A stretch of 64,000 nucleotides of DNA, taken from the NCBI RefSeq assembly GCF_009914755.1, contig NC_060933.1; one strand, given 5' to 3'. The notes under the pieces were generated by a model. That model had not been told where the DNA came from. It ran no database searches and saw only the letters and a program-made list of their open reading frames with translations. Positions within the stretch are counted from its first letter, which is position 1; each line of letters starts with the position of its first letter. The translations under genes and the position numbers were made by a program. Source of the stretch: the human T2T-CHM13v2.0 reference genome, Homo sapiens. This document shows positions 15,902-29,695 of the stretch, piece by piece.

Positions 15902-16223
15902 CAGGCCAGCAGGTTGGAGACTCAGGCAGGAGTTCATTCTGGTGTGTTGAGACAGAATTTCTCCATCTTCAGGAAACCTCAGATTTTGGCTCTTAAGGCC
16001 ATTCTCCAGACTGGATGAGGCCTACCCATATTATTGCAGGCAAGCTCATTTACTTAAACTCAACCAATTATAGAGGTTAGCCATATCTATCATCTACAAA
16101 ATGCCCAAATTCATGTTTGATTAAATGGCGGCTTACTATAGTCTAACCACCGCACTTTCCAGTATTTCTCCTTCTTCCTACCTAACCTGCCCCCACCAAC
16201 CCGCCGTAGCTCCTTTGAAATCC

Positions 16224-16237
16224 CTGCCACCTGCTGG
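16224..16237 (-). promoter_or_regulatory. Candidate CTCF motif
   Basis: Reverse complement CCAGCAGGTGGCAG fits the CCASYAGRKGGCRS core; motif match only. Confidence 0.4.
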
Positions 16238-16975
16238 GAACCTCCCTCTGTCTCTCCTCCTTGCTGTCCACAGTAACAAGGAGAAAGATTTAAGCTCCTG
16301 ACTCCTCACTTTCCTCTCTATCCCTACTCTTGTCATTATTCTGAGATGGGTCAAAGTGGTGCCGGTCAACGGACCCCAGATGAAGACTTGTCTGGCCCAT
16401 AGTTAGTTGCCTGTCTTATAGCTCCATCTACTACAACTAGGGAGACTGTGGAATCAGTGCTTCTTACATTGTTATTCCTGGGCTGATGGCTGGATGCTTT
16501 CCATCAGATATCTCTCAGTGCACATATATTCACTAAGCCTCAGATGGTTATCTAAGATATCCGAGAATCTCCAACTTCATTATCCCTACAAGTCTGACCA
16601 TTCACACCTCAGAAGAAAGGATTCTGAACAAAAAGCAACAGTAAACACAGCCCCAAATACAATGACTTCATTCTTGAGCCACATAAATCCTAAACTCTTG
16701 GGAGATGCCCAAGCCTATGTCATGATGAAATGGTATCTGAGCAAAATAATTTTCTCTGGAAAACTTCGTTTGTGAGCTTGCCTCAAGATGAGACTCGCCC
16801 CGTTATGCCTGAACCCTGAATCCATCACAGGGTGGCTATTTCTGGCAAAGGAACTCAGAGTTAATTTTCAGGCATTTGGAGGGCTGGGACATAAATTAGT
16901 AAGTAAGACATTATTTCATTTTATAGGAAGCAAAATATCCAGCATTAATATACTCAGCAGCATGTCTATACCTGT

Positions 16976-17028
16976 ATCCATCCATCCATCCATCCATCCA
17001 TCCATCCATCCGTCTGTCCATCCATCCA
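16976..17028. repeat. (ATCC)n microsatellite
   Basis: Tandem ATCC units. Confidence 0.95.
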
Positions 17029-17053
17029 GCATGCCAAATAAAAATTGTCTGCA

Positions 17054-17345
<292 letters not shown>

Positions 17346-18084
17346 ATTGTCTGTAACTGTCTTCTACTCAGCAATACAAGTAACATCCCAGAGTTGCACT
17401 AAGCCTGGACGCGGGCCCCACCCTCAATCTCAGACGGGTCAGAGGCATCTGAAAGTATTCAGTCATCCTTCCCCATTCAGACTTGTTCTGTCTAAACCAA
17501 AGGAAGACCAGGAGCCTAAATAACTTCCAGAGGATGCCAGTTGCTCAGCTCTCCCGGCTCCAGAAGCTTTGGCAGCACCCTACTGATGTCATGGCCTGCT
17601 CAACTCTTTACAGTGTCCAGAAATATAGACTTTGAGTTCCATATTTTCCCAGACTACAGCAAAGTGCACAAAAGTGGCCCACTCTTGAGGTACATGCATT
17701 GACACCTACTATACACCAAACATGTATTAGGCACTGGGGACACAATATTTTCCCCTCAACAGTTTGCAGTCTACTGAATGAAATGCCTAATGGGTTGTGA
17801 TGAGTACAAGCTGTGGGAGTATATACAAGGGGCTCCTCATTCAGGGCCGAAGTGTGAATGCAGGCTGGCCTTCCAAGCAGAGAAATGATGAAGGCAAAAG
17901 TCCAGAAGAGGTGGAGCACCCACCACACCCACGGCCCCAGGCAGAGGTGGCCATGGTGAGCCATGAGAGGCAGGAAGGGGCCAGGGAGAGCCAGGCAGCA
18001 GGGCCAGCCAGGCAGGCTGAGACTCTGGACTTACCCCGAGGCTTTTGAAGGTTTTCAGTCCCAGGAGTAGCAGGCTTAGTTTTG

Positions 18085-18960
18085 CATTTTATTTTTTCCC
18101 TATCATTTTGTCATTATAAAACTCCAAATATACAGAAAAAATTTGGAAAAATAATACAATCAATACCCAAAGACACTCCAACCTAGATTCTACAACTCTT
18201 TAATTGTGCTGCATTTGTTTCTGTGAGCATTTTCGTTTGTTTGTTTACTGAATCATTTGAAGTAAGGAGCAGGCATCATTATAATTTACTCCTACACACT
18301 CAACATGCATTGCTGAAGAGCACTCTCCCACACAGCCTATTACAACTAAAGAAACTGACGACAATTCCCTACTAACAACATTCAATACCCAGTCCATGTC
18401 CAAGTCTCCCCAGTTGTTCCCAGAATGTCCTTTAGAGTTGGGAGGTGTGTGTGTTGGTAGGATGCCATCTATGTTCACCCATTACATGTGGATATCAGGT
18501 CTCTTGAGTCCCTTGTAGTTTAGAACCAAGCTTTTTTCCCCACGACATTGGCTTTCTGAACAGTTTGGGTCAGTTGTCTTAAGAATGCCCCATATTCTGG
18601 ATTTGTCTGACTGTTTCTTGCAGTGCCCTTTGGTTATTTTCTTTAGCCCCTGTATTGCTTGTAAACTGAAAGGAACCCTGGAGTCTTCATGCAATTCAGA
18701 TTAAGCATTTTTGTCCAGACCACTTCATAGATGACGCTATAGCCTCTGTGTCTCTTCACCTCAGGGGGCACAGAATGTAGGCTGCTCCATTCTTAGTGAT
18801 GCTAACTTGATCATGTGGACAATATGGGGACCCCAAGATCCATGCACCATGAAGGAACACCCCCTTTGCAAGTGCAATACTGAGGGTGTGATTCTTTGGC
18901 ACCAAGGGACCGTCAGTTCTGCATCACTTACGCAAATGGTTCTAGCACCCACTTACAATC
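18085..18960 (-). mobile_element. Old L1M (L1MC-like) 3' UTR fragment
   Basis: CATATTCTGGATTTGTCTGACTGTTTC and AATACCCAGTCCATGTCCAAGT motifs, antisense to the motif type at 4400-5356. Confidence 0.7.
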
Positions 18961-18984
18961 CTGATCAGAGTCACATTTGGTTAG

Positions 18985-19483
18985 AGCAGGAAAAAAAAGA
19001 TTTATTTTCTACTCATCTTAGTTTCATTGGCTGGAGCCGTTGGATTAGCAAGGGAAAATAGTTTGTTAATGTGCATTTTGCTCACATGTGGGATCACTTA
19101 GCCATGAGTAACTCAAATGGGTGGTTACAATTCAGCATTACATAGCATCTTAACAAAGAATAATAAATTTGTAGAGAAGTGATAAGACCAAAGAAAAGGA
19201 CTTTGAGCTTCTAAGGACAGCAAATTGTAGGAAGACAAACATAGGGGGAAGCTAGGGGATGATAAGGACTAGTTTGAAAGATTTGTGATATAGATTCCTT
19301 TGGTGTCATCCCAGCCTGATGAGTCTAGAGTTGTCTCCCATGATTAAGAATCTCCCTGCTCTTCTTGGTAGAGAAAAGGAGGAAAGAGGGTTTGTCCTGC
19401 GTTGTTGTTTTACATTGCTTTCAGCTCAAAATAATCCTTAAGCCAGAGTAGCATATTTTGGGGCAGCACACTCTGAACCTCTC
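18985..19483 (-). mobile_element. MER34/MER39-family solo LTR
   Basis: TCAGCTCAAAATAATCCTTAAGCCAGAGTAGCATATTTTGGGGCAGCA terminal signature. Confidence 0.7.
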
Positions 19484-19599
19484 AGCATTCCGCAGTGTGG
19501 TGGGGGGAAAAGAGGCTGGAGGACAGACATTAGTGTGGCCACCACTGGCATCTCTTAAGACATGATGTTGGCCCAAGCTGGGGTGGGGTTGGGGTTGGA

Positions 19600-20100
19600 C
19601 AAGAGAGGTGGTTGCTACCAAGGCAGTAGCAATGATGACATCTGGTGAATAGTTGGATGTGGCACATTAATGGAGATGGAAGAGCCTAGATTTAGGCTTA
19701 GGCAACTTGACGGAGAACCCAGGAGGGAAGCAGGATGGCAGGACGGAGATGGGGCCCAGGGTCAGCCCCGGGGGGCATCCAAGGGACACCATGTGGCTGC
19801 TGGACCTGCAGGTCTAGCCCTCCTGAGGAAGGCAGGCCTGGGGCAGGAGGAAGATGGAGATCATCAGCTCTCATCACCAGGATCACGAGGCAAAGCAAGG
19901 AGCCCTGAGAACCCAGCATTTCAGGAGTAAATGAGAAATAAAAACTTACTGATTGTATGAACTAGGAAGAAGAAACCCAAGAGATAGTGACATCAGAGAA
20001 AGTGAAAGAAAAGAGCATCTCAAGGTGCATGATGAAATATGCATTTGGATACAGTATGCACGCACTGCATAGTATGAACATTGATAAGTACAATGATGGA
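19600..20100 (-). mobile_element. L2 fragments
   Basis: Purine-rich motifs AGCCCTGAGAACCCAGCATTT and GAAACCCAAGAGATAGTGACATCAGAGAA. Confidence 0.5.
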
Positions 20101-20142
20101 GAAAGCAGGAAAAAAAGCAAGGACAAAAAAACCTTAGCATTA

Positions 20143-20368
20143 GCCTGGCCAACATGGCGAAACCCTGTCTCTACTAAAAATACAAAACTTAGCTGGGCAT
20201 GGTGGCACATGCCTGTAATCCCAGCTACTCAGGAGGCTGAGGCAGGAGAATCACTTGAACCAGGAGGAGGTTGCAGTGAGCTGAGATAGCGCCACTGCAC
20301 TCCAGCCTCAGGGACAGAGTGAGACTCCATCTCAAAAAAAACAAAAACAAAAAACAAAACAAACAAAC
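20143..20368 (+). mobile_element. 5'-truncated AluS
   Basis: Starts at GCCTGGCCAACATGG; perfect TSD AAAAAAACCTTAGCATTA at 20125-20142 and 20369-20386. Confidence 0.96.
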
Positions 20369-20659
20369 AAAAAAACCTTAGCATTATGCACTCTTTCATT
20401 AAAATTTATTTTTATTTCATTTTTTAAAATGTCAGTCACATCTTATTAAATTAAGTCCATGACCATTAAGGGGTCCCAATCCACACTGTGGAAAATGCCC
20501 CGGCCTGTGCTCAAACCACCAGCTCAGCCTGCGCATACCAAGGGCCTCGCACCCTGGTGCACTGCCCTCACAGTGTGAAACAGCAGATGGGGCAGAGTTC
20601 TCTGGCTGGGCCCAATTGGGCAAAAGAAGGGAAGATGCAGAGATGAGAGGCAGAAAGAG

Positions 20660-21235
20660 GATGTGCCTGAAGCTGAGGGCTCACTTGATTAAGTTGCTTA
20701 CTTTTCATCTCATACTTCTAGTTGATCTAAAAATCCGCATAGCTAAACGCCACGTAGCTGAGCAGTACTCACTAAACTCCCACTGACTTCCTTACACTGG
20801 CTCTGACTATAGGTCACTATAGTAACCAGCACTTAGAGTTGTTTTTCAGGAACTATGGGCAGTACTTGTCCAGTTCAAGCTCATTGAGTCCACCAGCCCT
20901 TCAGCTGAACCTGTGTGGGTGTCCAAAGAGTGACCTTTTGACGTCAGAGGGCTAAAATCTCCACCCTTAGATCAGGTTAGTGCCACCCTTTTCTGCATGT
21001 GTCCGGTGAAGAACCGTGCAGCCCCACCAGGCTTGCATGAACTCCCATTACCTCCCCCTTCACCTCAAGACCACTTGGGTTTCTAGCCCATAAGTACCCT
21101 CACGTCCTATTTTTAGAGAGGCAAATTTGAGACCTGTCCTCCCGCCTCCTCTCTTGACTGCCTCGTGAATAAACTCCTACTCTTTTGCAAAATCCATAAG
21201 TCACAGTGATCGGCTTACTGTGACATGCCCACAGG
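20660..21235 (+). mobile_element. ERV solo LTR (MER72/LTR47-like)
   Basis: GACCTTTTGACGTCAGAGGGCTAAAATCTCCACCC motif; AATAAA at 21168-21173 followed by U5-like CTTTTGCAAAA; subfamily uncertain. Confidence 0.6.
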
Positions 21236-21689
21236 GGCAGCAGCCGTGTAGGAACAGTGACCTGCATGCAGGCTGTGCCCCTAAGTGCAGGGACAGCTCC
21301 GTGTTGTCCCTCCTGCTGAGATCCTCAGGTTGTTCTGTTTCACCTGCACCAGTGCCCCTCAAGTGTGCCTGAGCTCATAGCACTTTGCTGCCATGAGGCC
21401 CCCCAAATTCACCTGGAGAGCCTGTCCTAACTTCAAATCCTGGGGTGGGTGGTCCCTCTGTCCACAAGAGCCCCGACTTCTTTTACACCTCGGTAGCACC
21501 CACCTAGGCCCAGGCACCAGCTCAAGGCTGGGAGAGGAGGCAGCTTTGCCAACCTCACTACAGAAAAAACAAAAACTAACAAAAGAAGCCTGTGTACTCC
21601 CTAACCCCAGGCAAAGGCCCCTCCTGAGCATCCATTCATATAGCCACAGGGAAGGCTTAGCTGCTTCTTTGCATCTGCCTTTCTGGGCT

Positions 21690-21735
21690 GTTTGTTTGTT
21701 TGTTTGTTTGCTTGCTTGCTTGCTTGCTTGCTTGT
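21690..21735. repeat. (TTTG)n(CTTG)n compound microsatellite
   Basis: Direct inspection. Confidence 0.9.
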
Positions 21736-21757
21736 TTTTAATCTCATTGAGATTTTA

Positions 21758-21809
21758 TGAGGAATTAGCTACAGTCCTCTGCTCTACCAGCTGAGCTATT
21801 GAAGGGACA
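21758..21809 (-). pseudogene. Tailless retrocopy of the 5' part of pre-tRNA-Tyr(GTA)
   Basis: Minus strand reads TGTC + CCTTCAATAGCTCAGCTGGTAGAGCAGAGGACTGTAG (37-nt tRNA-Tyr 5' exon, 21769-21805) + CTAATTCCTCA; TSD TCATTGAG(A/C)TTTTA at 21744-21757 and 21810-21823. Confidence 0.9.
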
Positions 21810-21895
21810 TCATTGAGCTTTTAAATGATCCGTAAGAAAGTTTTGGAGAAATTGAAGAGCAGCATGTAAACTTATATACTGGCTAACTTGTTAAT

Positions 21896-21900
<5 letters not shown>

Positions 21901-21935
<35 letters not shown>
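21901..21935. repeat. (CA)n microsatellite
   Basis: About 17 CA units. Confidence 0.97.
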
Positions 21936-21937
<2 letters not shown>

Positions 21938-23555
21938 TATGTGGAAATGAGAACAAGCAATTGGGGAACATACTTCAGCAACTCTTCTACCAGGTACAGA
22001 ATTGCTCATCATGCAAGAGATGAATCATCAAGAAGCAGAAACTATCACAGTTTTCAGTTAAACTTTCTTGCACTCTCTGCACTCTGCAAAGGTAAATGTG
22101 TTCTAAGTTTACATGTGAAAGTATTCATGGGGCTTCTAGGATATGTTTCAGTAAAATAGTAAAAATCTGCTTTCTCTCTCTCCCTCTCTCTCTCTCCTTC
22201 TCGGGTTCATTCAGGAAGGAACAACTGATCCAACTAAAAAGAAACTAAGGAGGGCTTCCTGGAGAAAGGGGCACTTAGGTTGAGATTTGGAGAATCATCT
22301 TCAAATGGGGGAAGCATTTCAGGCTTTGAGTAAACATGAGAAGATAGGAAGGTTCGGGACTCCTTTGGGAAGACTGAAGAGTCCAGGGGATTATAGAGTA
22401 GGGTCTTGGGCAGTGTGTGCTGGGTGGGCAGGAAGATGGTTCAGCTGGAATATAGATGATGCTTCCACTGCAGTCAGTCAGGAGGATCAGGAGGAGCAGT
22501 CGGGGGTTTTCCCAAAAGGCAGTAACATGATCCATTGTATTATAGAAACAGGTTCGTGGCTGGAACTAAGGTGGGAGAACCTGAGTTTGGGAAGTCAAGG
22601 TTTGTAAAACAGTGCAGACCAGAGTAAAGGGGCTCTGTCTCACCAGGGGATCACCCCAGCAGGAGGGCCCCTGCCTGTGCCTGAAGCCACTCAGCCCTTT
22701 AAAAGCTGCCCCTAGGGACACCCCTTTACCAGAGAGGAGAACCAGAACACACAGAAAATAAGGTCCCCATCTGACCCCAGCAAAACATGATGTCCGAAAG
22801 ACCGTTGCATCTGAGAGTAATTGTCATGTAGCATTTCTGTTTCCTGTATCCGGATACAAAAATAATGAATGAGGGGAAGCAGGCAAAGGAGACAAGCGTT
22901 CCCACCACGAAATCCTTGCACTTCAGTCCTTTTGTTAACCTTGGTGGAGTAGCACTCAACAGAAAATAACAAAACTCACCTATTTTTACTTTAGTAGCTA
23001 TAAAATTTTCATTTCAAATGATAAATTCTGCTCTTTGGTTTAAACACAAAGTTTGCATACACTAATGTTTCCTTAAAATCAAACACCAAAGAGTGACCTT
23101 ACATCTCTCACTCCCCTGTGCCATGTGTCTCCAAAGATGGCCCCAAGAACCCCAAATCCTTGTAACTGCCCTTCTGCAGTCATCCCTGAAGGGAGTCAGA
23201 GCATGCCACCCCAGAATATACCACTTTGGCATAAGGATTATTTTGAGCTGAAGGCAAATGAGAAATAGCAGAAGCAGGAAAATCTCTCTATTATTTCCCA
23301 CCTGTGTAAAGGAGGGCATAAATTTCCCTTTGTGAAGGGGTCCCCCTCTGCCAGGAAGAGGAGACAATGCTTATCCCTTGACATGATACTGGCTTCAATC
23401 TGCATAAACAAACTTACTAAATAAACCTTATCTTCCATTAGTTTTCCCCCACATATTTGACATTCCACGGTTTATCACCACTAGAATTTCAAATCCTTTG
23501 TCTTTGCCTTGTCATTTTGCCACAAGTTTACAGTCTTTGTTAAAATGGTATATGA

Positions 23556-24258
<703 letters not shown>

Positions 24259-24535
24259 CAAAAATTAAGATATTAACATCAAATACAATTTGTATACTTT
24301 TTCTCCTGTTAATCTGTCCTTTGTTAGTTTAATTTGCAGGCCACAGTCACTAAACCTAAAAGGGCGGAAGAAACATTCTTTCTTCCCTGCTTTCCAACAT
24401 TGTGTCTGGACTAAGCCTGAGACCCACTTTAGTCAACAGTGTATCAGGTGACTCTGTGCCTGTTCTGGGCCTAACTTGTAGAGCTTGGCAATGTTTGTTC
24501 TTGTGCTCTTGGGAGTCCTGAACCACCATGTAAGA

Positions 24536-24749
24536 CAGGGGTTGGCAAACTATGGCCCATGGGCCAAATCCAGCCCACTGTCTATTTTTGTAAATAAAGC
24601 TTTATTGCAGCAGAGCAATGTCCATCTGTTTATGGGCATTTATGGCTACCTTTGCATTACAATGGTAGAGTTGAGTACTTGTGACATAGACTATATGGTC
24701 AAAGAGTCTAAAATATTTGGTCTTGTACTGAAAAGTTTGCTGACCCCTG
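24536..24749 (+). mobile_element. MER58A (hAT-Charlie MITE)
   Basis: TIRs CAGGGGTTGGCAAACT and AGTTTGCTGACCCCTG. Confidence 0.9.
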
Positions 24750-26310
24750 ATTTTAAAAGACCATCGACCTGCTGGAGAGACTACATGGAGAAGTCCTGAG
24801 GCCACAAGGAGAAAGAGAGAGGCTCAGCTGTCCATGTTCCATTTCCTAGTCCCAGGGCCAGGTGATTCAGCCCTATTACCAGTCATTGCCAATAGGAGAG
24901 ACCCCAAAGGAGGTCAGCAGAAGAACCATCCTGCTGACCCCAGGCAATCTGAAGAACTGGAATAATAAAATGGTAGCTCTATGCTGCTGCATTTTGGATG
25001 GTTTATTACACAGCAGCAGATAATTGGAACCCACTCCCTCCCCACCTCCAAACAAAAATATTGGGCTGTGACTGTGAAGACGAACCAAAAACAAACAAAC
25101 AAAAAAACAAGCACCATTGAAGATGAGTTACAAAACCATGACTGAATTAGTTCCCAAAGCTGTCTAATAGCACCACGTAACTGCTTGCAGAGTTTTTCTG
25201 AAGAAATACCATAACTCATCATGAAACCAGCTATTAAACCACAAAACTTCTGTTTCCTTCACCTTGTACGTCACCCCTACTCTCTGCAACAGTTTGACCG
25301 CATTTTAGTTTGTGGGTTTTTGCCTTTTAAATGAATCTTATCCTTATGAACACTGAGTACCCAAATAGTCCCCCAGGGCAGGAACTTTTCGTCTCTCTGA
25401 ACACAGAATGTCCACTTGTGTGTTCTTTCAGATGCAGGGTCTTCTTGCCCTGAATTTCTAGAATGTGTTCTTAAAGAAACATACCTATTATTTCAAAGTA
25501 TCTCAATTTTTTGAGAGACAAGGAGCACTATGAATCCAGCTCATGGTGTTAATGGCTTTCTCATCATAAATCCATCAGCTATATTAGTTCTTTAGAGAAA
25601 GTAAAAATCAGAACAAGGTCTATTTGTCATATTTCCTTAACCACATCTGGAGAGAAGCTTCAAGTGAGTAAATCCAACATATGATTGTGATTCTGGGAGC
25701 ATCGTTGTTTCTGTTTTCATGAAGTTTTCTCTAAGGAATGAGTTAAGGAATGAGTTAGTTCTTTTGGGGAAAAAAAAATAGTGTGCCTCCCCCCCACTGC
25801 CCACCATCTGCACACCCACTCTCGGAAATGTTGCCTGCCCATATTTACCTGCTCACCAAGCTGTTCCCTATTCTAGAAGTTTCCACTCTCCCTTGAGTAT
25901 AAAAGCTTCAACCCTGGTTCAGTGGGTGGTAGCTGCACCATGGTCTGGGGAAATCAGCACTTTTTCGTGGGTGTTGCTGCCCAGGGACCAAAGGGGACTT
26001 GAGGATAATCAAGCCAGCTCTGCAAGTCTCCAACCACACAAGGGGACTGAGCTCCCACCACATCCCTCAACCTCCCGCCGCCATCTTGCTTTCCCACTCC
26101 CTGCCTCCCACACAGCTCAGCTGCTTTTTGCTGCCCTTTGCTGCCCTTTACTGCCCCTTGCACTCCCCAGCAAACCTCCTCCATCCTCTCCACTGCGTCT
26201 CCTCCCTCCCTTCCTCCCCTCTGTCACCCCAATGGCCCAGGGAGAGCACAGGACAACATGGAGTGAGGAAAGGGAGGAGCTCAGCCAGCTAACCATCCCT
26301 GCCCACCACA

Positions 26311-26790
26311 TGTGAATTAGACAGGCTTCTCCAGAGACAGAGCCAATAGGGTATGTACACAGGAAGAAATTTATCTGAGGAATTGGCTCACACAGTTATG
26401 GAGGCTGACAAGCCCTGAGATCTGCCATCTGCAAACTGGAGACCCAAGAAAGCCAGTGTTACAATTCACTCCTGTTCCAACAGCCTGAGAACCAGGGGAA
26501 CAGATGATGTAAATCCCAATCCCAGGGCAGAAGAAGAAGAAATGAGATGTCCCAGCTCAAGCATGGAGGAAAGGGGGAAAGAGAGCAAATTCCTCTGTTC
26601 TCTGTCTTTTGTTTTGTGCAGACCCTCAAGGGGTTGGATGAGGCCCACCTACATTGAGAAGGGCAACCGCTTCACTAAGTCTTCTGGTTCAAATGCTAAT
26701 CCCATCAGAAAACTGTCACAGACACACCCAAATAATGTTTAATCTGAGCACCTACGGTCCACTCAAATTGACTCATAAAATAAGTCATCA
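26311..26790 (-). mobile_element. MLT2B-type LTR
   Basis: TTCTCCAGAGACAGAGCCAATAGG, GGAATTGGCTCACAC, and terminal AAATTGACTCATAAAATAAGTCATCACA. Confidence 0.85.
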
Positions 26791-27010
26791 CATGGATGAA
26801 AGCCTTCCCTGGATGGTGAGTTTTCTGTCTCCCCAACGTGCATGCATGAAGAGCTGTCTGGGTAGATCTGATTCCCATCTTTTACCTACAAACATTTACC
26901 CACAGCCTTGCCCAAATAACACTGAGCTCCAGGCTGTATGTGTATTATTTCTCATCTTTACAATGGCCCAGAGAGGAGTTCCTGAGTCCTGGAGGGAACT
27001 GAGGTAAAAG

Positions 27011-27711
27011 TGTAACCACTTGATGGGTTCTTCCTGCCCACTGCACGAAATCCATCCACTGAGACCAGGGCATTGCAATAGAGAAAGAGTTTAACTGACG
27101 TAAGGCTGGCCCATGCAGGAGAAATGAAGTTATTACTCAAGTATTCGGTGGGCTGGGGGACTAGGGAATGGGTGCTGCTGATTAGTTGGGGAGGAAATCA
27201 TAAAGGGGTGGAAAACAATCCTTGTGCACTGAGTCCACCTCTGGGTGGAACCACAGGACCAGCTGAGTTATGAGTCAGGGGTCCAGGTGAAGTCAGTCTG
27301 AAAAAAATCAGATAAAACCAATCTTAGGTTCTACAATAGTGATGTATCCATAGGAGCAATTGGGGAACGTCACAAATCTTGTGACCTCTGGCCACATGAC
27401 CCCTGAGCAGTAAGGGATTATAGAAATTATGCCATCATTTAGGCAGAGTTCAGGCCTCTCCCACAATTCTAATCTTGTCATCCTTCATTAGTCTTACAAA
27501 GGCGGTTTTTGGTCCCTGAGCAAGGAGGGGGTTAGTTTTATGGAGGGATTTACTTTTACCCTTGCTTTTAAGTTAAACTATAAACTATATTCCTCCTAAA
27601 GTTACCTTGGCCCATGCTGCCTTGACCAAGGACAGCTTGGAGGTCAGAAGCAAGATGCAATCAACTAAGTCAGATTTCTCTCACTGTCATAATTTTGCAA
27701 ATGCAGTTTCA
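27011..27711 (-). mobile_element. LTR8-family ERV1 solo LTR
   Basis: TGTAACCACTTGATGGGTTCTTCCTGCCC...GTCATAATTTTGCAAATGCAGTTTCA termini. Confidence 0.8.
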
Positions 27712-27796
27712 GAGGGAATGAGTAGGGAAAGGTGGAGGGCCCCTTGTAAGTTATTTGCTGAAGAGCACACAGCTAATGGGTGCAGTTAACACAGGC

Positions 27797-28068
27797 TTTT
27801 GTTGAGACAAAGTCTTGCTCTGTCACCCAGACTGGAGTGCAGTGGCGCGATCTCGGCTCACTGCAACCGCTGCCTCCCGGGTTCAAGCAATTCTCTGCCT
27901 CAGCCTCCTGAGTAGTGCCCACCACCACACACAGCTAATTTTTGTATTTTTAGTAAAGATGGGGTTTCATCATCTTGGCAGGCTGGTCTTGAACTCCTGA
28001 CCTCATGATCCACCCGCCTGGGCCTCCCAAAGTGCTGGGATTACAGGCGTGCGCCAGTGCACCCAGCC
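27797..28068 (-). mobile_element. AluS with a small internal deletion
   Basis: Antisense Alu lacking CTGGGATTACAGGC after GAGTAG. Confidence 0.93.
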
Positions 28069-28197
28069 TAGGCTTTCCTTTTTTAAAACTCTTTTATTTT
28101 ATTTACCAATACATATTCATGAAAACAAATCAACCCACACAATAAAGCACCAACAAGAAAGACAAATTAATCACTAAAATTGTAGTACCTCGAAGTA

Positions 28198-28631
28198 CAG
28201 TTGACCCTTGAACAATGCAGGGGTTAGGAGCACCAACTCTCATGCAGTCAAAAATCCTCGTATACATTTCGACTCCCCCCAAAACTTTACAGTAATAGCT
28301 TGCTGTTGACCAGAGGCCTTACTGATAACATAAATAGCCAATTAACACATATTTCATATGTTATATATGTCATATACTGTATTCTTAAAGTAAAGTAAGC
28401 TAGAAAGAAGAAAATATAATTAAGAAAATCATTAAAGAGAAAATATATTTACTATTCACCAAGTGGGGGCGGATCATCATAGAGGTCTTCATCCCTGTCT
28501 TCAAGTGGAGTAGGTCGAGGAGGAGGAAGAAGAGGGATTGGTCTCACTGTCCCAGGAATGGCAGAGGTGGAAGAAAATCTGCATATAAGTGGCCCACACA
28601 GTTCAAACCTATGTTGTTAAAGGGCCCATTG
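28198..28631 (+). mobile_element. Tigger2a/MER28 DNA transposon
   Basis: TIRs CAGTTGACCCTTGAACAA and TTGTTAAAGGGCCCATTG; TA before the left end. Confidence 0.88.
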
Positions 28632-29409
28632 TGCATCCAGTCCTTGTCTCAAACTGAAGGCTCAGCCTTGTTCTAATGCTATTGTCTCTAAGATATTCCC
28701 TTATATATTTACATCACTGCTCCACTGCAACGCACTGCTAAGATGCTTACACCCTGTCTCCGGGGGCTATGGTTGCCCTAGTTGAGGAGGACTCAGTGGC
28801 AGAAGGGACAGGAGTTCACCGACAACTGAAGCCCTGTCCCCGGGGTGCTCTCTTGGGTGCTGGTGACTCCCGGCATCCCCTCTTGGGCATATTTTGAGGT
28901 CTAGAGAACCATTTTGCCCAATAGTGGCTGTCAGATAAGGTCTGTTTGGCAGATGCCTGCAGAGCTGTGTGCCTGCCAACAGACATCCCCTGGCTTCCAT
29001 CCCACCCTTCCCACTATGAGGAGTCAGAGTTGGTGTTTGGCTGACCACAAGGAACCCAGGCAGAAAAGTCCCCTAAGCCTACTGCAGCTCTGTGGTGTGG
29101 CTGAGTGGGATGCTCAGCAGGTGTTTGGGGAGAAGGGAAGGTGGACACCCTGAAGGCCTCTGACCCTACGTGAGGCCAAGGATGGGTGAAAAAGTGTAGC
29201 ATGAATGGCAGCTGGGAGAGCACAGAGCCCAGGGTCTACCCTGACTTTAGGGGGCCTCAGCCAGTCAGACTTTGAATAACACCAGCTACACTGGGGCCCC
29301 AATTTCTGTGGCCCCCTCCCATGACAAACAAGGCCCATTGGTCAGGACGAACCAGATCTGATGCAGGAACAAGTGGCCTGCCAATCTCAGGGGCTCTGCC
29401 CATCACAGT

Positions 29410-29695
29410 CACTTAGCACCTCAGTACCTCAGCACTTCTCCACTTGTGGGCTGGTTGGGCTTCCTTGCAGCATGGTGGCCATGCTCGATCAGGGCAGTCA
29501 GACTGCTTCCACGGTGGCCCAGGAGTATTCCAGAGAGCCAGCAGGAAGCTGTCACCTCTTCATGACCTGGCCTTGAAAGTTACGTAGCATCACTCCACCG
29601 TAACTTTGGTGGACAGGCCACTAAGTCAGGCCCAGAATCAAGGGGACCAACACTGACTCCACTTCTCGGTGGGTGGAGCTGTAAAGCCACCTCAC
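29410..29695 (-). mobile_element. Old MLT1 LTR fragment
   Basis: GGGCTTCCTTGCAGCATGGTGGC, GACCTGGCCTTGAAAGT and GACTCCACTTCTCGGTGGG motifs. Confidence 0.6.

Noticed and set aside
21769-21805. Functional tRNA-Tyr gene
   Set aside because: The 3' exon, B box and terminator are absent
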